A stretch of DNA of 64,000 nt from Candidatus Omnitrophota bacterium (GTDB lineage: Bacteria > Omnitrophota > Gorgyraeia > Pluralincolimonadales > Pluralincolimonadaceae), in the NCBI GenBank assembly GCA_041653595.1, contig JBAZFB010000004.1, forward strand, positions 14,757 to 78,756. Reading direction: 5' to 3'. Shown here piece after piece: positions 58,624 to 64,000 of this stretch. Position 1 is the stretch's first letter; each line of letters opens with the position of its first letter. The position numbers and the translations under genes were made by a program. The notes beneath the pieces were generated by a model. It was not told the DNA's origin. It ran no database searches and saw only the letters and a list, made by a program, of their open reading frames with translations.

Positions 58624-58914
58624 ATGAAGAAATACGAAGGGCTTTTCATACTCAAACCGAACTTAAGCGATGAAGAATACGGGAAGCTGACCGCCGCTGT
58701 CTTAGAGGTCATCACCAAGAACGGCGGGAAGGTCGACGCTAAAGAGGAATTAGGGACCAGAGACCTCGCCTATCCCATAAAGAAAGAGAAGAAAGGCCGC
58801 TACCTTTTGGCGTATTTTACCGCCGAGCCGCAGTCGATTGTGGCGATGGAGAGGGTCTATAAGATAAACGAATCTGTCCTCAGGGCCGTCATCTTCATCC
58901 ACGAAGCCCAATAA
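58624..58914 (+). CDS. rpsF: 30S ribosomal protein bS6.
   Basis: 'MKKYEGLFILKPNLSDEEY…' is typical of S6. Positioned before ssb-rpsR-rplI. Confidence 0.9.
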   Translation: MKKYEGLFILKPNLSDEEYGKLTAAVLEVITKNGGKVDAKEELGTRDLAYPIKKEKKGRYLLAYFTAEPQSIVAMERVYKINESVLRAVIFIHEAQ

Positions 58915-58925
58915 TAGAGGTATCT

Positions 58926-59339
58926 ATGGCCAGCCTTAACAAGGTATTTCTGATCGGTAATCTGACGCGGGATCCCGAATTGAGGTATATCCCGAGCGGG
59001 AGCGCGGTCACGACATTCACCGTCGCGGTCAACCGCGTCTATACGCAGCAGGGAGAGAAGAAGGAAGAGGTCTCTTTTATCAAAGTGGTCGTCTGGGCCA
59101 AGATGGCGGAGACGTGCGGCGAGTATCTTTCTAAAGGCAGCCCGGTCTTCGTCGAGGGAAGGATCCAGAGCCGCAGCTGGGAAACGCCCCAGGGCGAAAA
59201 ACGCTCCGCGGTCGAAGTCATCGCCGAACGGGTGCAGTTCCTGGGACGGGCCAAAGGAACCAAACAGGAGGGCGGCCCGGAGGCCGAGCCTGCCGATACG
59301 CAAACCAACGCGCCATCCGGAGAGGATGCGCCGTTTTAA
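58926..59339 (+). CDS. ssb: Single-stranded DNA-binding protein.
   Basis: OB-fold 'LNKVFLIGNLTRDPELRYIPSGSAVTTFTVAVNR' with an acidic tail ending DAPF. Confidence 0.9.
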   Translation: MASLNKVFLIGNLTRDPELRYIPSGSAVTTFTVAVNRVYTQQGEKKEEVSFIKVVVWAKMAETCGEYLSKGSPVFVEGRIQSRSWETPQGEKRSAVEVIAERVQFLGRAKGTKQEGGPEAEPADTQTNAPSGEDAPF

Positions 59340-59367
59340 CCGAAAGTAAGGAGAGAACAGGCAGAAG

Positions 59368-59598
59368 ATGGAAAGAAGAGAAAAGAGGGTATACAGGAAG
59401 AAGGTCTGCAAATTCTGCGGAGAGAAGTTAAAGGCGATAGATTACAAAGACACGATGAGGATAGCGAAATTCGTCACGGAAAGGGGCAAGATCATACCGT
59501 CGAGGATATCCGGCAATTGCGCGAAACACCAGCGCATGCTCGCGAAGGCCATCAAGAAGGCGCGCCTCGCCGCGTTCATACCTTATACCTCAGTCTAG
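59368..59598 (+). CDS. rpsR: 30S ribosomal protein bS18.
   Basis: '[10 protein letters not shown]…[33 protein letters not shown]' matches S18. Confidence 0.95.
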   Translation: MERREKRVYRKKVCKFCGEKLKAIDYKDTMRIAKFVTERGKIIPSRISGNCAKHQRMLAKAIKKARLAAFIPYTSV

Positions 59599-59626
59599 GC
59601 TGTCCAAAATATAGAGAGGACGTTCA

Positions 59627-60076
59627 ATGGCGACAAAATTGATATTGTTGAAGGATGTCGATAACCTCGGGAAATCCGGCGATATAATATCCGCAAGCGA
59701 AGGCTACGCGAGGAACTTCCTTTTACCGCGCGGCTTTGCTCTGTCGGCAACCGAGCAGAATATAAAGACGGCCGAAACCAACAAGAAACAGAAGGCCGAG
59801 GCGATGGAGAAGGAGAGGCAGGAAGCGGCCAGGCTCGCCGATGCCATCTCGAAAGTCTCCTGCACCATAGCCGTAGAGGCGGGAAAGGACGACAAGTTGT
59901 TCGGCTCGGTCACGAACATCGACATACAGAAAGCGCTGGAGGCCGAGGGCATAATCGTCGACAAGAAGAGGATAGAGATCAAAGACCATATAACCCAGAT
60001 AGGGATATTCCAGATCCCGATAAAACTGCACCAGGATATCACCGCTAACCTGAAATTATGGGTGGTCAAGAAATAA
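59627..60076 (+). CDS. rplI: 50S ribosomal protein bL9.
   Basis: 'MATKLILLKDVDNLGKSGDIISASEGYARNFLLPRGFA' matches L9. Confidence 0.95.
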   Translation: MATKLILLKDVDNLGKSGDIISASEGYARNFLLPRGFALSATEQNIKTAETNKKQKAEAMEKERQEAARLADAISKVSCTIAVEAGKDDKLFGSVTNIDIQKALEAEGIIVDKKRIEIKDHITQIGIFQIPIKLHQDITANLKLWVVKK

Positions 60077-60077
60077 C

Positions 60078-61439
60078 ATGGCCCAGGGCAAAGAAGGCAG
60101 GGATATATCCCTGGAGAAACTCCCGCCGCAGGACCTCGATGCCGAGATGGCCGTCCTATGCTCTATGATGATAGAGGAAGAGGCGATATCGCATGCCGTC
60201 GAGCTGCTGAAGGAAGACGTTTTTTACAAACAGGCCCACAGGATAATATTCAACGCCATCGTAGGGCTTTACAGCAACAATAAGGCCGTCGACCTCATAA
60301 CGCTCGTCGACGAACTGAAGAAGAAGGGCGAGCTCGAAGAGGCCGGCGGCATAAGCTACCTCACTTCCCTTACTACTTTCGTTCCGACCGCCGCCAACAT
60401 CAGCCATTACGCGAAGATAGTAAAAGACAAGAGCATGCTCCGCAGCCTGATCACGAGCGCCACCACCATACTTTCGGCCGCATACGACGCCCAGGACGAG
60501 GCGAAAGAGATACTCGACAAGGCCGAGAGGATGATATTCGAGATAACCTCCAGGAAGGTCGAAGGGGGGTTCGTCTCGCTCAAAGAGATAATAAAAGATT
60601 CCATAGAGACCATAGATTCGCTCTATCAGAGGAAGACGAACGTGACCGGCCTGGCGACCGGGTTCGACGATTTCGACAAGATGACCTCCGGCTTGCACGA
60701 AGGCGAACTTGTAGTGGTCGCAGGAAGGCCGTCGATGGGCAAGAGCGCCCTGGCCTGCTGCATCGCCGAACACGTAGGCATAGTGCTAAAACAGGGAGTG
60801 GCTGTCTTCAGCCTGGAAATGTCCAAGGAACAGCTCGCGCAGAGGATGCTTTGCTCCCACGCGAGGGTCGACGCCAGCAAGGTGAGGACCGGCTTCCTTT
60901 CCCAGACCGACTGGCCGCGCCTCGTCAACGCGGCAGGAAAATTCTCGGAAGCGCCTATATTTATAGACGATTCCTCGGCGCTTTCGGTCCTGGAGCTGAG
61001 AGGGAAGGCCAGAAGGCTTAAATCTATGCATGACATCAAGCTTATAATAGTAGACTACCTGCAGCTGCTCGAGAGCCCGTCGTTTCGGTCCGAGGGCAGG
61101 CAGCAGGAGATATCCGACATATCTCGTTCGCTGAAGGCTTTGTCCAAGGAGTTAGGCGTCCCCCTTATCGCGGTAAGCCAGCTTTCGAGGAAGCCGGAGG
61201 GCAGGGATGATAAGCGCCCGCAGCTTGCTGACTTGCGCGAATCCGGCGCTATCGAGCAGGACGCGGACCTGGTGCTTTTGTTGTTCCGCGAGGAGTTTTA
61301 TAACCCCACCGAAGAGAACAGGGGCATCGCGGAAGTGATGATAGCCAAGCAGCGCAACGGCCCGACCGGACCGACGAAACTCGCGTTCCTGAAAGAATTT
61401 ACGAGATTTGAGAACCTGTCCGTAAGGCAGGATACATGA
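60078..61439 (+). CDS. dnaB: Replicative DNA helicase DnaB.
   Basis: 'PPQDLDAEMAVLCSMM' N-domain. Walker A 'AGRPSMGKSALAC'. 'IIVDYLQLL'. Confidence 0.95.
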   Translation: MAQGKEGRDISLEKLPPQDLDAEMAVLCSMMIEEEAISHAVELLKEDVFYKQAHRIIFNAIVGLYSNNKAVDLITLVDELKKKGELEEAGGISYLTSLTTFVPTAANISHYAKIVKDKSMLRSLITSATTILSAAYDAQDEAKEILDKAERMIFEITSRKVEGGFVSLKEIIKDSIETIDSLYQRKTNVTGLATGFDDFDKMTSGLHEGELVVVAGRPSMGKSALACCIAEHVGIVLKQGVAVFSLEMSKEQLAQRMLCSHARVDASKVRTGFLSQTDWPRLVNAAGKFSEAPIFIDDSSALSVLELRGKARRLKSMHDIKLIIVDYLQLLESPSFRSEGRQQEISDISRSLKALSKELGVPLIAVSQLSRKPEGRDDKRPQLADLRESGAIEQDADLVLLLFREEFYNPTEENRGIAEVMIAKQRNGPTGPTKLAFLKEFTRFENLSVRQDT

Positions 61440-61549
61440 TCCTGAAGGATGGACCTTCCTTTGTTATTATGGGAGGGGTCCACAATTCGCTTTACATTGT
61501 TTTTAGTGTATGTTAAATTAAACATTTAATGAGGATTCCTTATATACCT

Positions 61550-63970
61550 ATGAAGATCTTTCCCGGGGTTATCTTCCTATCGGCCCTTTTGATCCTGTGC
61601 CTTAAACCGGTTTTTTCCGAGGAGATGGTCGCGCCCGAGCAACAGGCGCCGGCCGCAGCCGCAGAGGCGCCGGCGGAATCCGTCCCGGAATCGCCTGAAA
61701 ATCCCTCCCTTGAGAATCCCGTCCCGGCGCAGCCCCCGGTTGTGGCCGCGCAGGAAAAGACGGTCGGGGGAGTCTATATCACGGGAAATAAGGCGGTCTC
61801 TTCGTCCTTGATACTTTCTAAGGTAAAGAGCAAGCAGGGCGAGGCGTACAAGAAGGCCACGGTCGATGAAGATATAAAGCGCATCTACGGCCTCGGATAT
61901 TTCTCCGATGTGAAGGCCGAGGTGAAGGAATTTGAAAACAGCCTTGATATCACCTTTGCGGTGACCGAGAAACCGCCTATAGGCCAGATAATATTCGCCG
62001 GTAACAAGACCTTCAGGGATGAAAGGCTCAAGAAAGAGCTCAAGATAAAACAGGACGAGATCCTCGACGAGCGCCAGCTCAAAGAGAGCACGAAGGTCAT
62101 CAGGGAGATGTATTATAAGAAGGGGTTTACCCACGCCAAGGTCGATTACGCGATAAGGCTTGATCCTGTGACCAATAAGGCGGTCGTAACGATCCTGATC
62201 GATGAGGACAAAAGGGTAAAGATAAACAGGATAACATTCGAGGGGAATAAGGCGTTCAAGTCGGACCAGCTCACCAGGCTTATGTCCACGAAGACGGCGT
62301 GGTGGTTCTTCAGGTCGGGCACTTTTAACGAGGATGCTTTCGAGAGCGATCTCGAAAAGATAAAAGCGTTTTATGAAAACAACGGTTACCTTGACATCAA
62401 GCTGGAACCCGACCTCAAGTACAACGAACAGGGCGGATCCCTCTGGATCAACATAAAGGTCGATGAGGGCAAGAAATATCTCGTCAATACGCTGGCGATA
62501 ACCGGCCAAGCCGTCATCGCGGAGAAAGACCTGAGGAAACCCCTTAAGATGACGGTAGGAAAGGCTTTCAGCCAGGAAGCTATGCGCGCTGACGCCGACG
62601 CGATGCAAGGGCTGTATTTTGAGAAAGGGTATATATACGCCACTATAAAGCCGGAGAGCTCGCTTAATCCCGAGACTAACAATATCGACGTCAAATATAC
62701 TATCATAGAGAACGAACTTACATTTGTCGGCAGGGTAGAGATCAAAGGCAACGTCCGCACCAAGGATAAGGTTATAAGGCGGGAGCTAAGGCTGCGTCCC
62801 GGACAGGCTTTTGATGGGAAGAAGCTCCAGCGTTCCAAAGAGAGGCTCTATAACCTCGGTTATTTTGAGGATATAACTTTCGATACGGAGAAGAGCACCG
62901 AGCCGAACAAGGCGAACCTCATCGTGGATGTCAAGGAGACCAAGACAGGAGAGTTCTCGTTCGGCGGCGGTTTCTCGACCGTAGATAAATTGGTCGGCTT
63001 CATCCAGGTTACGCAGCGTAATTTCGACCTGTTTAATTTCCCGACCTTTACCGGCGGCGGACAGCAACTCGCCGTCAGGGCGGAGATAGGTACCGTAAGA
63101 AGGGATTACCAGTTGAGTTTTACCGAACCCTGGGTATTCGATTATCCGTATCTTTTCGGGTTCGACTTATACCAAAACACCCACTTAAAGGCGGCGGATA
63201 TAGGTTATGGTTATAGCGAGCAGAGGCAGGGAGGGGACTTAAGGCTGGGCAAAGAATTCGACGATAACGACAGGGCCGATATGATTTACAGGCTGGAGAG
63301 CGTCAAGATCTCGGATGTCGACTCAACCGCGCTGGCCGACCTCCAGAAAGAGCAGGGCACCAATGTCATCTCGAGCCTGACCCTGGGATTGACGAGAGAC
63401 CTGAGGGATTCGACGTTGTCCCCGACTAAAGGATATATTTTGTTCGGTTCGGTCCAGGGCGCCGGCGGGCCTATCGGCGGCGACAAGAATTTCGTGAAGT
63501 ACTACGGTTCGTCGAGTTTTTATTTCTCGTTCATCGAAAGACAGGTTTTGCAATTAACCGCGAGAGCGGGCGCGGTAGGCGCGTTCGGGAACACCGACAG
63601 CGTCCCCATCTATGAAAGGTTTTTCATCGGAGGCGCCGATACTGTCCGCGGCTACAAAGAAAGAAGCATAGGTCCAAAAGACCCGGTCACGAACAGCCCG
63701 TTAGGAGGCAACGCCATGCTTGTCGGGAACGCCGAATATGTCTTTCCCATAGTGGAATTCCTCAAGGGCGCGGTCTTCATGGATGCAGGCAACGTCTGGC
63801 AGAGGGAAGGCGATTTCGGCAAGGGCGGAGTTATGTATTCTGCCGGCACCGGTATCAGGGTAAAAACTCCGGTAGGGCCTATAAAGCTGGATTACGGTTA
63901 TCCGCTTAAAACCGACCAGGGCGAGAAGAAGGTTGGAAGGTTTCACTTTAGCCTGAGCAGGGCTTTTTAA
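61550..63970 (+). CDS. bamA: Outer-membrane protein assembly factor BamA (POTRA repeats plus Omp85 beta-barrel).
   Basis: Signal peptide MKIFPGVIFLSALLILCLKPVFS. Multiple POTRA units (…VGRVEIKGNVRTKDKVIRRELRL…). C-terminal barrel ending …FHFSLSRAF (aromatic C-terminus). The ORF-track start 61529 lacks an SD. 61550 has GAGGA 12 nt upstream. Confidence 0.85.
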   Translation: MKIFPGVIFLSALLILCLKPVFSEEMVAPEQQAPAAAAEAPAESVPESPENPSLENPVPAQPPVVAAQEKTVGGVYITGNKAVSSSLILSKVKSKQGEAYKKATVDEDIKRIYGLGYFSDVKAEVKEFENSLDITFAVTEKPPIGQIIFAGNKTFRDERLKKELKIKQDEILDERQLKESTKVIREMYYKKGFTHAKVDYAIRLDPVTNKAVVTILIDEDKRVKINRITFEGNKAFKSDQLTRLMSTKTAWWFFRSGTFNEDAFESDLEKIKAFYENNGYLDIKLEPDLKYNEQGGSLWINIKVDEGKKYLVNTLAITGQAVIAEKDLRKPLKMTVGKAFSQEAMRADADAMQGLYFEKGYIYATIKPESSLNPETNNIDVKYTIIENELTFVGRVEIKGNVRTKDKVIRRELRLRPGQAFDGKKLQRSKERLYNLGYFEDITFDTEKSTEPNKANLIVDVKETKTGEFSFGGGFSTVDKLVGFIQVTQRNFDLFNFPTFTGGGQQLAVRAEIGTVRRDYQLSFTEPWVFDYPYLFGFDLYQNTHLKAADIGYGYSEQRQGGDLRLGKEFDDNDRADMIYRLESVKISDVDSTALADLQKEQGTNVISSLTLGLTRDLRDSTLSPTKGYILFGSVQGAGGPIGGDKNFVKYYGSSSFYFSFIERQVLQLTARAGAVGAFGNTDSVPIYERFFIGGADTVRGYKERSIGPKDPVTNSPLGGNAMLVGNAEYVFPIVEFLKGAVFMDAGNVWQREGDFGKGGVMYSAGTGIRVKTPVGPIKLDYGYPLKTDQGEKKVGRFHFSLSRAF

Positions 63971-63988
63971 CACGGAAGGAGAAGAAAG

Positions 63989-64000
63989 ATGAAGGCAATG
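63989..64000 (+). CDS. 5' end of a downstream gene (likely an OmpH/Skp-like chaperone by context), truncated by the window.
   Basis: ggaaggagaagaaagATGaaggcaatg: a strong SD plus ATG 18 nt after bamA. Only 4 codons are visible. Confidence 0.3.

Noticed and set aside
61440-61549. TCCACA DnaA-box-like hexamer and TTAAAT/ATTTAA inverted repeat between dnaB and bamA
   Set aside because: Single partial DnaA-box match (6/9) with no clustering or AT-rich DUE. dnaB is usually not at the origin. Likely coincidental.
61577-62608. 343-aa minus-strand ORF opposite bamA
   Set aside because: Antisense to POTRA repeats. Arg-rich.

Overview
This is a 64 kb bacterial window with 59 predicted protein genes, all on the + strand except ppiD. 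It is probably from a diderm anaerobe, judging by BamA, PEP-CTERM, a split transketolase and hyf-like genes. GC content appears to be in the mid-50s, and no mobile elements, CRISPR arrays or rRNA were seen. There are three blocks.

1. Positions 1-27,087 are a glycan-utilization locus. It contains two paralogous GH5-like hydrolases, a PEP-CTERM protein and a GspK-like minor pseudopilin fused to a LamG/ConA-like lectin domain. It also holds a CUT1-type sugar ABC importer with a binding protein and two permeases but no ATPase. Two LacI regulators share an operator motif. A GH2 enzyme carries a C-terminal CBM9/DOMON-like module, followed by three tandem stand-alone secreted copies of that module. 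A large (alpha/alpha)6-type hydrolase and a GH35 beta-galactosidase complete the block.

2. Positions 27,233-42,117 hold gltB-gltD followed by a six-gene hyf/hyc-like membrane complex with its own promoter. The complex has NuoL-, NuoH-, HyfE-, NuoM/N-, fused NuoCD- and NuoB-like subunits. Its 'large subunit' has lost all four [NiFe]-ligating cysteines, so it is of the Ehr (energy-converting hydrogenase-related) type. Three FMN-enzyme-family genes follow directly: a nitroreductase, a PNPOx-like protein and dus.

3. Positions 42,138-64,000 are housekeeping. They include pfk, alkD-like, a deaminase, ppiD, an ECF sigma/anti-sigma pair, hisG, a bS22-like micro-ORF, split tkt, ispE, spoVG carrying a zinc-ribbon insertion, tRNA-Gln, clpX, glmU-prs-rplY-pth, rpsF-ssb-rpsR-rplI, dnaB and bamA.

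The most interesting candidates are the cysteine-less Ehr complex next to glutamate synthase and flavoproteins, the pseudopilin-lectin fusion inside the glycan locus, and the tandem CBM9-like array. All calls rest on motif recognition by eye. No database searches were run.
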